From positions 8,338 through 72,337 of the forward strand of contig JARGOZ010000002.1 in NCBI GenBank assembly GCA_029213025.1: a stretch of 64,000 bases of DNA. Reading direction: 5' to 3'. Below are positions 9,168-19,204 of this stretch, one piece after another. The notes below the pieces were generated by a model, which saw only the letters and a program-made list of their open reading frames with translations, made no database searches and was not told the DNA's origin. The position numbers were made by a program, and so were the translations under genes. Source of the stretch: Verrucomicrobiales bacterium. GTDB lineage: Bacteria; Verrucomicrobiota; Verrucomicrobiia; Verrucomicrobiales; DEV007. Positions within the stretch are counted from its first letter, which is position 1. Every line of letters starts with the position of its first letter.

Positions 9168-11707
9168 TAGTATACCGTTCGAAATTCGGAGGTTGCCATA
9201 AGGGAATGAATGGCGCGGGCCCACGAATCTCTATTGTTTCCCGATCGAGATAAAAATTCTTTTATGGCTGAAACCTCTTCCGATGTCGGCTGACGGGTGA
9301 GCAGACGGTAATAGATTTCATCTATATATTTATCGGTATCGGCCTGATCCGTGATCCAATTTGCTATATTTTCAGCCTGTTCGATAACGAGTGGGCTGTT
9401 CATCAGGAATAGAGCTTGAGCAGGGACGGTTGTGTTTTTCCTGGCTCCGACGACAAGGTTCGGGTCGGGAGCATCGAAAAGTTTCATCGAATCAAATATG
9501 GCTCCGCGCGCCGATGGTAGGTAGACGCTTCGACAGGTTACATCCGTTTTCACATCTTTATTGTAGTAGTCCCTCCTGCCAATTTCCCGTTGTTGAATTT
9601 TCTCCATTTGGTTGGCGATTGCTTCGACCTGGGAAGTTTGCGGTCGGCTCCGGTCGAGGCTGCCGCCGACAAAAAGCAGGCAGTCGCGCAGCACTTCACC
9701 CTCAATGCGCTGCGGGGAAAATCGCCACAGTAAGCGGTTGGCCGGGTCGAATTCGTATTGCGAAGGATCCTGCGTGGAGGCGAGCATCCAGGTTCTGCTC
9801 AACACGAGATGTCGAATCAGTTTTTTTACCGACCAGCCTTCCTGCATAAATCTCACCGCTAAATCATCGAGTAGTTCAGGATGACTTGGTTTTGACCCGA
9901 GCAAACCGAAGTTATCCACCGTGTCTACAAGACCGCTGCCGAACAGGTGGTGCCAGATGCGGTTAACCATGACGCGGGCGGTGGCGGGATTCTTTTCATC
10001 GGCGAGCCAGTTGGCCAGCTGGAGGCGTCCACTCTGGTGTTCATCGATTACCGGGAACTTCAGAAATTTATCAAACAGTGACAGGGTTCCCCGCGGAACG
10101 ATTTTCCCGGGACTTTTGTGATCGCCCCGCACAAATACCGGGGAATCGTGAATGCGCGGGGTGGTTGGTTTCTTTTCCTTTTTGTTACTCTGGAAAAGTT
10201 CCGCCCACTGTTCCCGGCTCATTACTACCGCTTCGGCCATAGCCATAGCATAGACGGGTGGAGCCGGTATAGCTGCCTTTGCCGACTTCACCTTAGCCTG
10301 AAAAGCCTGAACTACAGATTCGGCTGCCTTCAATTCCGGGGTTGGATTTTTCTTCCAGTCGAGGCCCTGTTTTTCCAGTGGTTCCCGGATCAAGTTGCGT
10401 TTCTTTACCAGTTCAAGATACTCCTTTTGAACTTTTTCGGCATGGGTTATCGCTGCCTCACGACGTTTCAGGAGTTGCTCTTTTTCGTCTCCGAGCGGGA
10501 AGGCGTCCTGGTGCTCAAAACGAACATTGGTGGCAACTCCGGCCAGATTTCTCGAGCTGCGAAAAATGCCTGCGAGAGCGTAATAATCCTGAGCCGGTAT
10601 CGGATCATATTTGTGATCGTGACAGCGGGAACAGTTTGCAGTGAGCGCGAGAAAAGCCCGACACGTCGCATCGATTTGATCATCCGCTACATTCAGTTCG
10701 AAGAGGAGCGGATCGGCTTCATTCAGGGTTTTCGGACCGATGGTAAGAAAACCGGTCGCTATAGTTTGGTGATCTCTTTGCTTCGGAGAGTCAGCCGGGA
10801 GCAGGTCTCCGGCAATTTGCTGGCGCACAAAACGGTTATAGGGTAAATCAGCATTCAGGGCATCGATCACCCAGTCCCGGTACCTCCAGGCGTAGGGATA
10901 TAACATATTTCGAGAGTAACTGCTCGATTCCGCATAGCGCGCCACATCGAGCCAGTGTCTGCCCCAGCGTTCGCCAAAACCGGGGTCGGCGAGAAGTCGA
11001 TCGACTACTTTCGCAAAGGCGGTTCGGGTATCTGCGGGATCGTTGCAAAATTCGTCGGTTTCCTGCCTGGTTGGAAGCAGTCCGGTTAGTTCGATAGTCG
11101 CTCTTCGAATCAATGTGTAGCGGTCGGCGTCTTCTACCGGTTTCATAAGATTCTCTTCAAGTTTCGAAAGAACAAAATAGTCCAGCCGGTCCCGGGGCCA
11201 GGTTGTGTCTTTGACGTTAGGGAGATCCGGTTTTCTGACCTGTTGAAAGGCCCAGTGGGATTCGGCTTCGATTTCGCGCGGCAATTTCGAAATTCCGTTG
11301 CGGGGATCAGGCGCGCCGAGCGCGACCCATTTTTCGAAATCCGAGATGACAGAATCCGGCAGCTTTTTCTTCGGCATTTTCAGGTCGTCGCGAACGTGTC
11401 GAATCGCTTCGATCAGCTGGCTGCCGTTGATATCTCCCGGTATCAAGGCATCCCGCCCGGATTTGCCGCCTTTGCGAATACCGTCGCGGGTATCGAGGAG
11501 GTAATCCGCTTTGATTTCGCCCGAAGCGGAAGAGTGGCATTCGTAACAGTGAGTCACCAGAACCGGCCGAATTTTCGATTCAAAAAATTCGAGAGCAGCC
11601 TTGTCTTGCGTGACTGAAGCTGTGCCTATCCCTGCAATGAGGAGTATGGACAGTAAACGGCTCACGTGGTTAAGGTATCCGCAAGACAGCGTAGCAAAAA
11701 CCCGCAA
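9167..11707 (-). CDS. PSCyt1/PSCyt2/PSD1 protein (planctomycete cytochrome c + DUF1549 + DUF1553)
   Basis: 846 aa with CYECH near the N-terminus, GERWGRHWLDVARYAES and CSRCHDHKYDP. It has the canonical pairing with a downstream DUF1501 gene. Confidence 0.9.
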   Translation of the reverse strand: MRVFATLSCGYLNHVSRLLSILLIAGIGTASVTQDKAALEFFESKIRPVLVTHCYECHSSASGEIKADYLLDTRDGIRKGGKSGRDALIPGDINGSQLIEAIRHVRDDLKMPKKKLPDSVISDFEKWVALGAPDPRNGISKLPREIEAESHWAFQQVRKPDLPNVKDTTWPRDRLDYFVLSKLEENLMKPVEDADRYTLIRRATIELTGLLPTRQETDEFCNDPADTRTAFAKVVDRLLADPGFGERWGRHWLDVARYAESSSYSRNMLYPYAWRYRDWVIDALNADLPYNRFVRQQIAGDLLPADSPKQRDHQTIATGFLTIGPKTLNEADPLLFELNVADDQIDATCRAFLALTANCSRCHDHKYDPIPAQDYYALAGIFRSSRNLAGVATNVRFEHQDAFPLGDEKEQLLKRREAAITHAEKVQKEYLELVKKRNLIREPLEKQGLDWKKNPTPELKAAESVVQAFQAKVKSAKAAIPAPPVYAMAMAEAVVMSREQWAELFQSNKKEKKPTTPRIHDSPVFVRGDHKSPGKIVPRGTLSLFDKFLKFPVIDEHQSGRLQLANWLADEKNPATARVMVNRIWHHLFGSGLVDTVDNFGLLGSKPSHPELLDDLAVRFMQEGWSVKKLIRHLVLSRTWMLASTQDPSQYEFDPANRLLWRFSPQRIEGEVLRDCLLFVGGSLDRSRPQTSQVEAIANQMEKIQQREIGRRDYYNKDVKTDVTCRSVYLPSARGAIFDSMKLFDAPDPNLVVGARKNTTVPAQALFLMNSPLVIEQAENIANWITDQADTDKYIDEIYYRLLTRQPTSEEVSAIKEFLSRSGNNRDSWARAIHSLMATSEFRTVY

Positions 11708-11800
11708 TTACGCCCGATCGGAATCGGGAAATATGCCGATTTTGCCTTTAAGTCGCCGTGGTGTAGGAAGAACGCTGTTTCCTAACCGGTAAAGTTATTT

Positions 11801-13450
11801 ATGAAGACTGTAATCGCTATATTTTTCCTCTTCACTTCGGGTGTCTACGCCCAGAGTGAAAAGGTTATGGAGCTGGGAAAGCAAACCTTTGCTTCCTGTT
11901 CACTGTGTCATGGAGCCGATGGTAAAGGCGCTAAGGCCGGAGATATATTGATGGCTCCCAGTTTACATGATTCAGAATTCGTAAAATCGAAAATCGCAAA
12001 ACCTCTTGTTGCTGTCATTTTGAAAGGAATCGTTAAAGAGGACAGCAAATATCTTCAGCAGATGGTGCCGCTCGAAGCCGCATTGAGTGACGAGCAAATC
12101 GCAGCGGTGGCGGCCTATATCCGAAAGGAATTTGGTGGCCCGGAAACTACGATAAAGCCGGGGGATGTTAAAAGGTGGCGTTCCCAGTACAAATCCCGCT
12201 CTGTGTCGTGGAAGCGAAGCGAACTGGCCCAGGTCGTCGCCAGAGCGGAGACAGGTCCGCTGCTGCGAAATGTTTCCTATTCCGTGTATGAGGGAAAATG
12301 GAGCAAGCTACCGGATTTTTCGACGATGGAGCCTGTCCAGCGGGGAGAACTCAAGGATGGTAAATTGACTCTGGACGTGGTCAAAGACAGGAAAGACAAT
12401 TTTGGTATAGTTTTCGAAGGCGATCTCAAAGTCGCCTATACAGATACCTATGAATTTTCTCTACTTTCCGATGATGGATCGGCATTGATTATCGACGGGG
12501 AAAACGTAATCAATCACGACGGGATTCATCCGGCTACTATCAGAAAGGGATCGGAGAAACTGGAAGCCGGGGAGCACACTTTTAAAGTGCTCTATTTTGA
12601 AGGCGGAGGAAACGAGGCTCTGGGGCTTTCCGTGGAGGCGAAAAAGATCGGGGAGATGTCGCTATCTAAAAAGCCGGTCAAGAAGTCTCAGAAAAAACAG
12701 AAAGTCTATCCGCCGATTATTTTGAAACCGGAAAACGACGAAGCCATCGTTCACCGGGCTTTTCTCCCTGATGCAAAGCCGCGAGCGATAGGAGTCGGCT
12801 ACCCTGGAGGCATCAATCTTGTATGGGATGCGGACGTCCTCAATCTGGCTTACGTGTGGCGGGGTGGATTTATGGATACTGCAAAGCACTGGAACGGTCG
12901 CGGGTCGGGCAGTGAGCCAGTCGGTGGTCCGCGCACCAAAATTGCGCACGGACTTCCGCTTCAGCAATTGGAGAGTCTGGACGAACCGTGGGTTTCTTTT
13001 TCGGAGGCAAAAATCAAATACGAGAGAGATGTCCCAAATCCGGTGAAGGAACATACTTTCAACCGTAAGCACCCGGACTACCAGTTTCGTGGATACCGGC
13101 TTGATGGAAATCGTTTCCCTACTTTCCGGTACAACTACAAAGATATAGAAGTTACCGATACTTTTACCCCGGCCATTAGCGGTAGGGAGGATGCACTGAT
13201 TCGCTTGATCAAGTTCGCAGGTGAGGCTCCGGATCATTGCTATTTCAGAATTTCGGATATGTCTCCGGCAGTGAAAAAGAAAGACTCCGACTGGATATCG
13301 GTTGGAAATTTGGAGATATATATCGAAGGCGTGGAACCCACTTTCCGGCAGTCGGAAGGGAAGAAAGAAGTTCTCGCTTTGATTGACAAAGATGTTGAAA
13401 TAAAAGTGACCTACCGCTGGACTTCTCCGCGCAAAGAGGCTGTCAAGTAA
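11801..13450 (+). CDS. secreted c-type cytochrome / PA14-like domain protein
   Basis: 549 aa with a signal peptide and CSLCH heme motif, followed by YSVYEGKWSKLPDF...SDDGSALIIDG typical of PA14. Confidence 0.75.
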   Translation: MKTVIAIFFLFTSGVYAQSEKVMELGKQTFASCSLCHGADGKGAKAGDILMAPSLHDSEFVKSKIAKPLVAVILKGIVKEDSKYLQQMVPLEAALSDEQIAAVAAYIRKEFGGPETTIKPGDVKRWRSQYKSRSVSWKRSELAQVVARAETGPLLRNVSYSVYEGKWSKLPDFSTMEPVQRGELKDGKLTLDVVKDRKDNFGIVFEGDLKVAYTDTYEFSLLSDDGSALIIDGENVINHDGIHPATIRKGSEKLEAGEHTFKVLYFEGGGNEALGLSVEAKKIGEMSLSKKPVKKSQKKQKVYPPIILKPENDEAIVHRAFLPDAKPRAIGVGYPGGINLVWDADVLNLAYVWRGGFMDTAKHWNGRGSGSEPVGGPRTKIAHGLPLQQLESLDEPWVSFSEAKIKYERDVPNPVKEHTFNRKHPDYQFRGYRLDGNRFPTFRYNYKDIEVTDTFTPAISGREDALIRLIKFAGEAPDHCYFRISDMSPAVKKKDSDWISVGNLEIYIEGVEPTFRQSEGKKEVLALIDKDVEIKVTYRWTSPRKEAVK

Positions 13451-13453
13451 GCC

Positions 13454-13493
13454 GATTGTACCCTGTTAGATCTTCGATTGTACCCTGTTGAAT
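13454..13493 (-). repeat. AACAGGGTACA-core intergenic repeat locus 2 (two copies, reverse orientation)
   Basis: TGTACCCTGTT occurs at 13457-13467 and 13479-13489, exactly 22 bp apart. The locus fills the spacer between two plus-strand genes. Confidence 0.9.
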
Positions 13494-13498
13494 CACCT

Positions 13499-14968
13499 AT
13501 GAATGCTATACATTCGCTACTCGTTATTGTTTCATTTATCCTTGGCGGACTGTTGTTTGCCGATTCTCCCAAAGAATCTGATTATTACACAATCACATCC
13601 TTTAAAGCGCCCGGAGATAATCAGACGGAAGTGGGCGGTATTGCTCTGATGCCGGATGGAAAGGTAGCCATTTCGACAAGGCGGGGGCGGATTTGGACAA
13701 TCGACAATGCGTTTACTCATCCGGAAAAACCGGCGCAGTGGAAAGTGTTTGCGGAGTACCTCCATGAACCGCTGAGTCTTGCGTGGAAGGACGGTTGGCT
13801 TTATGCGGTGCAGCGCCCTGAAGTGACGCGGATGAAGGATGAAGACGGTGACGGAAGAGCGGACATTTTTGAAACGGTGAGTGATGATTGGGGGATCAAT
13901 GGCAACTACCATGAGTACAATTTTGGTTCACGATTTGATAAAGAGGGAAATCTTTGGTGCGCGTTGTGTTTGACGGGTTCATTTACTTCGGAATCACTCT
14001 ATCGGGGGTGGATTTTGCGGGTCAATGAAAACGGTAAAATGCTGCCTACCGCTTGCGGGGTGAGATCGCCTGGAGGTGTGGGGTTTAATGCGGTTGGTGA
14101 TGTATTCTATACTGACAACCAGGGAGCATGGAATGGCTCCAGTTCGTTGAAATGGGTTAAGCCCGGATCTTTTCAGGGCAATCCGAACGGCAATATCTGG
14201 TTTGAATATGCGGAGGGGGCGATCGGTGCTCAGCCACCTCATCCCAATTACGATATCGATGACCGTATAGAAGAGGCCCGAAAAAAAATTCCGACTTTTA
14301 TCCCTCCGGCAGTGGTTTTGCCCCACAAGCGGGTGGGAAATTCACCCACAGGAATCGAATCTGATCTGAGCAGGGGAAAATTCGGCCCTTTCGAAGGACA
14401 GACCTTTGTCGGTGAGCAGACTTTGTCGAGAGTCCACCGTGTCTACCTGGAAAAAGTAAACGGGATTTATCAGGGTGCGATGTTTCCCTTTCTGGAAGGG
14501 TTTCAAAGCGGAAATATCGGGCTTTTACTCACCAAAGACGGCGTCATGTTCACCGGTGGATCAAATCGCGGTTGGGGTGCGAAAGGAGGGCAGCCCTATG
14601 CTTTTGAGCGGGTAAACTGGACGGGAAAAGTTCCTTTTGAAATTCACGAAATGCGTGCCCGTAAAGATGGCTTTGAGCTGACTTTTACCAGTCCAGTCGA
14701 CAGGGGCTCGGTGAAAGACGGATCATTTTCGATGGAAGCTTTTACCTATGACTACGGTAAGAAATACGGCAGCGAAGAGGTCGATGCTGTAGTTCCAAAA
14801 GTGACAGTTTCTTCCATTAGCGATGATGGGAAAAGTGTCGTAATAAAAGTGGCTCCGCTGACCAAAGGGCATGTTCATGCATTGAAATCTGCCGGCTTGA
14901 AAGACGGTGAGGGCAATGGCCTGCTGCATGCGGAGGCGTACTATACTTTGAACGAAATTCCGAAGTAA
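13499..14968 (+). CDS. PVC-type membrane-bound dehydrogenase-like beta-propeller protein (sorbosone dehydrogenase-like)
   Basis: Signal anchor, then EVGGIALMPDGKVAIS, DEDGDGRAD and FYTDNQGAWNG. It resembles the N-terminal domain of the partial gene at 62161. I prefer ATG 13499 because the longer ORF start (13478, TTG) lies inside the repeat. Confidence 0.75.
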   Translation: MNAIHSLLVIVSFILGGLLFADSPKESDYYTITSFKAPGDNQTEVGGIALMPDGKVAISTRRGRIWTIDNAFTHPEKPAQWKVFAEYLHEPLSLAWKDGWLYAVQRPEVTRMKDEDGDGRADIFETVSDDWGINGNYHEYNFGSRFDKEGNLWCALCLTGSFTSESLYRGWILRVNENGKMLPTACGVRSPGGVGFNAVGDVFYTDNQGAWNGSSSLKWVKPGSFQGNPNGNIWFEYAEGAIGAQPPHPNYDIDDRIEEARKKIPTFIPPAVVLPHKRVGNSPTGIESDLSRGKFGPFEGQTFVGEQTLSRVHRVYLEKVNGIYQGAMFPFLEGFQSGNIGLLLTKDGVMFTGGSNRGWGAKGGQPYAFERVNWTGKVPFEIHEMRARKDGFELTFTSPVDRGSVKDGSFSMEAFTYDYGKKYGSEEVDAVVPKVTVSSISDDGKSVVIKVAPLTKGHVHALKSAGLKDGEGNGLLHAEAYYTLNEIPK

Positions 14969-14982
14969 AGAAATCGGAAGGC

Positions 14983-16152
14983 TTAGTTTTTGTCCTCAGT
15001 TTTTAAGTGTTTCTGCATCGGTTCTATCAGTGTAGTGAGGATACTTTCGTCCGCTTCTTCGATTGATTTCGCTACAGCTTCCACGGCGGAAAGAGAGATT
15101 CTGCCACGTTGCCGAAGATGAGCGGCGGCTTCCATGCAGTCGCTGAATATGAAGAAATTGTCTTCACCAACCAACTCATTCCAGCGACTTCTCAAGACGG
15201 CGATTTTACTTTTACTACACACGTTGCGGATCATCACATCTATGATTCGGTCCGGGAATTTGACTGCGACCTCGGCGTAGATATCGGTATCGTGCTCGCC
15301 GCTGTCACCGATCAGAATTACGGGAAGCGAAGGGTACCAGGACAGTGCTTTTTTGATCGCTTCGAATTTATGATCCCGGTGCCCATGCCGGAACCACTTG
15401 GTTTCGTCCATTCCCCAGGCTGCCATGAGGAAGGCACCGCCCGGTATTTCGTTGGTTTGAAAGATGAGGCTGACGAGGTTGTGGAGATTGAACGGCGAGC
15501 TGGTCACATAGCAAATCGGATTGATATGCGGGTGGTCTTCGACAGTGGTGCCCTGTTTTAATCCCTGATAGAGAGCGGCTGTTCCGGGGAAAATCTGGCG
15601 GGTGAGAGCGTTGCCGAGAAGAGTGGTGGCGATCATCCGCAGAGTCGTGGCGGCGTTTGTAATCAAAACGGTGTCGTCGATGTCACTGATGAGAAGGTAT
15701 TCCGCATCGGCAGGAGAGTAGGTAACGGGGTCAATTGATACAGGGGTAGCTCCACGGACAGGGATTTCGAAAATTACCGGCCCCTGTTGGTGGGGTGACT
15801 CAAATTCCGCTTCGAAATAACCGCCGCGGTCGGATTTTACGGAAAGCTGATGTTTGCCCCAGGAAATCAAAACTTCGGTATAGGGACGTTCGGGTGTGAC
15901 CCAGTTTTTAAACATTTCGAGAAAGTTTCGGATTCTCGAATCATCCGGATCCGGTTCGTGGATCTTTCGCACCCTCATGACCCGCCCCTTGATCGCCATT
16001 CCGTGCTCGTGTTCGATGGCGTAGTAGACATCACAAGTTATCGGCAGGCGCAAGTAGCCGGTTAGCCACGCGATGAGTCTGTGGAATTTTCGGTAGAGAA
16101 ACTCGATTTTCAGGGCGATAACCCTCAGAATGGAGGTGGACGGTTTTGCCAT
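14983..16152 (-). CDS. App1-like phosphatidate phosphatase family protein (DUF2183)
   Basis: LISDIDDTV and IGDSGEHD motifs (DxDxT phosphatase pattern of the App1/DUF2183 family). I prefer ATG 16152 because the longer ORF start (16278) would overlap the divergent gene. Confidence 0.7.
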   Translation of the reverse strand: MAKPSTSILRVIALKIEFLYRKFHRLIAWLTGYLRLPITCDVYYAIEHEHGMAIKGRVMRVRKIHEPDPDDSRIRNFLEMFKNWVTPERPYTEVLISWGKHQLSVKSDRGGYFEAEFESPHQQGPVIFEIPVRGATPVSIDPVTYSPADAEYLLISDIDDTVLITNAATTLRMIATTLLGNALTRQIFPGTAALYQGLKQGTTVEDHPHINPICYVTSSPFNLHNLVSLIFQTNEIPGGAFLMAAWGMDETKWFRHGHRDHKFEAIKKALSWYPSLPVILIGDSGEHDTDIYAEVAVKFPDRIIDVMIRNVCSKSKIAVLRSRWNELVGEDNFFIFSDCMEAAAHLRQRGRISLSAVEAVAKSIEEADESILTTLIEPMQKHLKTEDKN

Positions 16153-16315
16153 GGTTGAGAGATATACTGTGGCATAAAGTCGTTTCGCTTTCGCTGTGAA
16201 ATTCGTAAAACCGGTATCTCCCGGAATACATTGACAGTATTTACGGTGATCTGTAGGTTGGTTGGACTCTAATTTCAAGCGGTCGGAGGCGTTTAGAAAC
16301 GGGAAGCTTTTTTCA

Positions 16316-17227
16316 ATGACTTTTTTTTCTACAATTGAGTGTAAATGGCGAATGGCAGCGGTATTGCTTTTGCTGTGCGCTGCCCCGATCGTATCAAATG
16401 CTCAAATTTTGGTGGATTTGAAACTGGATCGCAGTGTCTATATTGCTCACGAGGCGATAGGAGGGAAGCTGACTATTGTGAACCGGGCAGGTCGGGATTT
16501 GATTCTCGGAAACGCCAACGGGCGTAGTTGGCTCGACTTTTCCGTGACCGATTCCAGAGGGAATTTAATCAGCCCGGTAACTCAGAACAGGGGCGCGAGG
16601 CCTTTGGTAATTGCATCCGGCCAGACTCACCAGATGAGAGTTGTGGTGAACGACGTGTATCCGATGGGTCAGATAGGAACCTACCGGGTCCGGGCAACGG
16701 TTTCATTTCCCCAGATCAACCGGGTTTTTCAAACTAAAACCCTGGCAGTTCAGGTTGCGGAAGGAAAGGCGTTCTGGAATCAGGTAGTAGGTGTCCCTGA
16801 AGGGTATCCCGGGGCGGGAACCTATCGAATATACGAATTGCTGACCTATTTCCACGGAGCCCGGCAAAAAGCTCTCTATTTCCGACTGAAAGATAATTCC
16901 ACCGGCCGGGTAATCCGGACATTTTCTCTGGGAGATTATCTGAGTGTGCGCCCGCCGCTTTACGCCATAGACCGTTCGAATCAACTTCACATCATTCATA
17001 TGACAGCTCCGCAGCAGTATTTTTACACACTGGTAGATCTGGATGGAGAAGTCGTAGCGAGAGAACGTTACTACGAGAAAAAGGGAAATCGCCCTACTTT
17101 GGTGACCTTATCGTCCGGCGACGTGGAAATCCGCGGCGGGGTTACGGAAGAAGTGGCTAAAACTCCGTATGAGAAGCGGGAGTTTCGCCGACTTTCCGAG
17201 CGTCCCCCGGGGATGCCGAGGTTGTAG
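16316..17227 (+). CDS. hypothetical secreted protein
   Basis: ORF with a signal-peptide-like N-terminus (MAAVLLLLCAAPIVSNAQ) and no motif I recognise. The start is uncertain: 16262, 16316 or 16352. Confidence 0.6.
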   Translation: MTFFSTIECKWRMAAVLLLLCAAPIVSNAQILVDLKLDRSVYIAHEAIGGKLTIVNRAGRDLILGNANGRSWLDFSVTDSRGNLISPVTQNRGARPLVIASGQTHQMRVVVNDVYPMGQIGTYRVRATVSFPQINRVFQTKTLAVQVAEGKAFWNQVVGVPEGYPGAGTYRIYELLTYFHGARQKALYFRLKDNSTGRVIRTFSLGDYLSVRPPLYAIDRSNQLHIIHMTAPQQYFYTLVDLDGEVVARERYYEKKGNRPTLVTLSSGDVEIRGGVTEEVAKTPYEKREFRRLSERPPGMPRL

Positions 17228-17232
17228 GAGAT

Positions 17233-18123
17233 TTAAAATACCTGAATGATTGTTTGCCAGTCTTTTTCCTTGATCAGTGCGTTCTCGATTATCTGTATCG
17301 CCGCCCGGGTGTCTGTCATCTCTCCCAGCGGACAGGGGAATTTTCGAATTCCTTTATTTACCAATACGTGAGGTTTGGAAAAACGTGAGATACCCAGCCT
17401 GTGAGCGTCCTTTAGATTACCATGGGAATTGGAACTACTGGTTTTGTTGGATTTGGGATCATCGACCTGGAGTAAACAGAGGCACACATTGTTGTCGGCC
17501 CATTTCTTAAATTCCTCATTGAAAAAAAGTTTCCGAATCGTATCACTCAGCTCATGGTCGTAGATTAAGACTAGAACGACTGTCGGAATGCCGAGCGTTT
17601 TCGATTCATCCTTGGCGGCCCCCAAAAAACTATGCCATCTGGCTGATCTACCGGAGAGTCGCTTCTGAATAGCTATCCTTTCCACCACATCATCGTATCT
17701 GCCACCGTCATCCAAATCGCTGTAAAACGCAATGTCTTCCGGGCTAAGCGAGGAAATCGGAACGACAAATTCTCTTGGTTCTCCGATTTTCTTAAACGCG
17801 ATGTGGCCTTTACCTTTCGCCGTGATCTGAGCGTTGATGGTCTGATTTCTCGAATTTGTAATTGTGCGATCAAAAGGGAAAAAATACTTCTTATACGGCG
17901 TTGTTGCAGGATTCGGTTTATTTGGCTCGGTACTCGCTGCTGGAATGGCAAACCCCTGTTCAACTGAGGGTTCTATGACCTTAGCTGATGGAGGAGTTTC
18001 CAGGGGGGGCGTTTCTGATTCTACAACTTTCAGTTTTTCTTCAGTCGGATCGACTTCGGCGATGTCTTTACAGCTACATAAAAGGAGTAATAAGACAAAG
18101 GGGAAAAGAGCAATAAATTTCAT
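17233..18123 (-). CDS. SHD1-domain lipoprotein with a thioredoxin-like C-terminal region lacking CxxC
   Basis: Lipobox LLLLLCSCKD. SHD1-like RTITNSRNQTINAQITAKGKGHIAFKKIGEPREFVVPISSLSPEDIAFY. Paralogous to the neighbouring gene 18215..19051. Confidence 0.7.
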   Translation of the reverse strand: MKFIALFPFVLLLLLCSCKDIAEVDPTEEKLKVVESETPPLETPPSAKVIEPSVEQGFAIPAASTEPNKPNPATTPYKKYFFPFDRTITNSRNQTINAQITAKGKGHIAFKKIGEPREFVVPISSLSPEDIAFYSDLDDGGRYDDVVERIAIQKRLSGRSARWHSFLGAAKDESKTLGIPTVVLVLIYDHELSDTIRKLFFNEEFKKWADNNVCLCLLQVDDPKSNKTSSSNSHGNLKDAHRLGISRFSKPHVLVNKGIRKFPCPLGEMTDTRAAIQIIENALIKEKDWQTIIQVF

Positions 18124-18214
18124 TCTATCTAACGCAGGTTCGCTAATGTTAAACAATTTCGGGAAGGAAAATGATTCTTGCTTGAGAAGACCTTCTCAAG
18201 AATGAGTTCTATCT

Positions 18215-19051
18215 TCAAGAGCTTCCGGATGACTGTGGCCTCATTTTCAAAGGTGCTTCCTGAGGCTCTATGGCATTCCACCCTGCTCTTTGATCCAATG
18301 CGGAAGCCAGGTTTGTAATTGCGCTTTCGGGATCTGAAAAAGCAGCGCAGGGAAGTACTCTTCCTGATCTTGTGTCCGGCTTTACTAATAAAACAGAGGG
18401 TCGCGAATATATAATGACTCCATACCTCGCCGCAGTGTTGCGATGCTCAACCGCAGAGTGGCTTGAGGTTCGATTCCCCATCGGGTCATCGACTTTTAAC
18501 ATGCATAGAACTAGATTTGTGCTAGCCCAGTCGCGAAACGCTCTCGAAAAACCAAGTTTCTGTTCGAGATTCTCGCTCTCCTCATTGCCGTTGATCATTA
18601 TTGCCATAAGCATGGGCAGATCCAGTTTGGCTGCTTCTCTTTCGGCTGCAACAGCATCCATATGCCACCTGGCTACACGACCTGCGAGTCGAGCCTCTTT
18701 GTCCAACTGGGCTTTTACTTCGCCGAATCTGCCGCCTTCCGCCAAATTGTAGAAAAAATCCTGATCCGGTTTGCTTAGGCGCTCCAGCGGAACGATATAC
18801 TTTTTCGTTCCGGAGATTTTTGAAATCGCAATTTGCAGTCCCTGCTTTCCAAGTATTTGTGCTTCAATGGTTCGCCCCTCTACATCGGTGATTGTGCGGG
18901 TAAGCGGGTAAACCTTTCGGGGGGCCTGTCGCAATACTTCTCCGGTTACCGGTTCACCGCCGGGTGATTCCGGGGTAATGTCGCTTATATCTTTGCAACT
19001 GGTAAAGAAGATCAGCGTGATTCCGATAGAAAATAATGGGAATACTCTCAT
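18215..19051 (-). CDS. SHD1-domain lipoprotein, tandem paralog of 17233..18123
   Basis: Lipobox IFFTSCKD. SHD1-like RTITDVEGRTIEAQILGKQGLQIAISKISGTKKYIVPLERLSKPDQDFFY. It shares ARWH and LCxLxVDDPxxNxTSS blocks with its neighbour. Confidence 0.7.
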   Translation of the reverse strand: MRVFPLFSIGITLIFFTSCKDISDITPESPGGEPVTGEVLRQAPRKVYPLTRTITDVEGRTIEAQILGKQGLQIAISKISGTKKYIVPLERLSKPDQDFFYNLAEGGRFGEVKAQLDKEARLAGRVARWHMDAVAAEREAAKLDLPMLMAIMINGNEESENLEQKLGFSRAFRDWASTNLVLCMLKVDDPMGNRTSSHSAVEHRNTAARYGVIIYSRPSVLLVKPDTRSGRVLPCAAFSDPESAITNLASALDQRAGWNAIEPQEAPLKMRPQSSGSS

Positions 19052-19204
19052 TGCATTGGTGGTGAATATCTTCTATCTAATAATCATTTAATTAGCCGGG
19101 TTTCAAGATTTTTCTGAATTATCGAGGCGGGATCTCACTGCGTTATTGGCTGGAAGTAAGGCGTAGAGCGCATAGGATAGCGATGTGAACCATCCAATTC
19201 TCAA

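Noticed and set aside
10118-10846. 242-aa plus-strand ORF inside the PSCyt/PSD1 gene. Similar antisense ORFs occur at 19859..20416, 24886..25485, 33288..33905, 55227..55736 and 59798..60460.
   Set aside because: All lie antisense to genes with strong domain evidence. Their translations have odd composition and no recognisable motifs, so I treat them as non-coding shadows.
13478-13498. ORF-track starts that begin inside repeat copies: TTG 13478 (MYPVESP...) and TTG 22352 (MYPVRS...).
   Set aside because: These starts are created by the TTGTACCCTGTT repeat itself. Downstream ATGs (13499 and 22448) give N-termini that fit the expected signal anchor and the LplT-like N-terminus.
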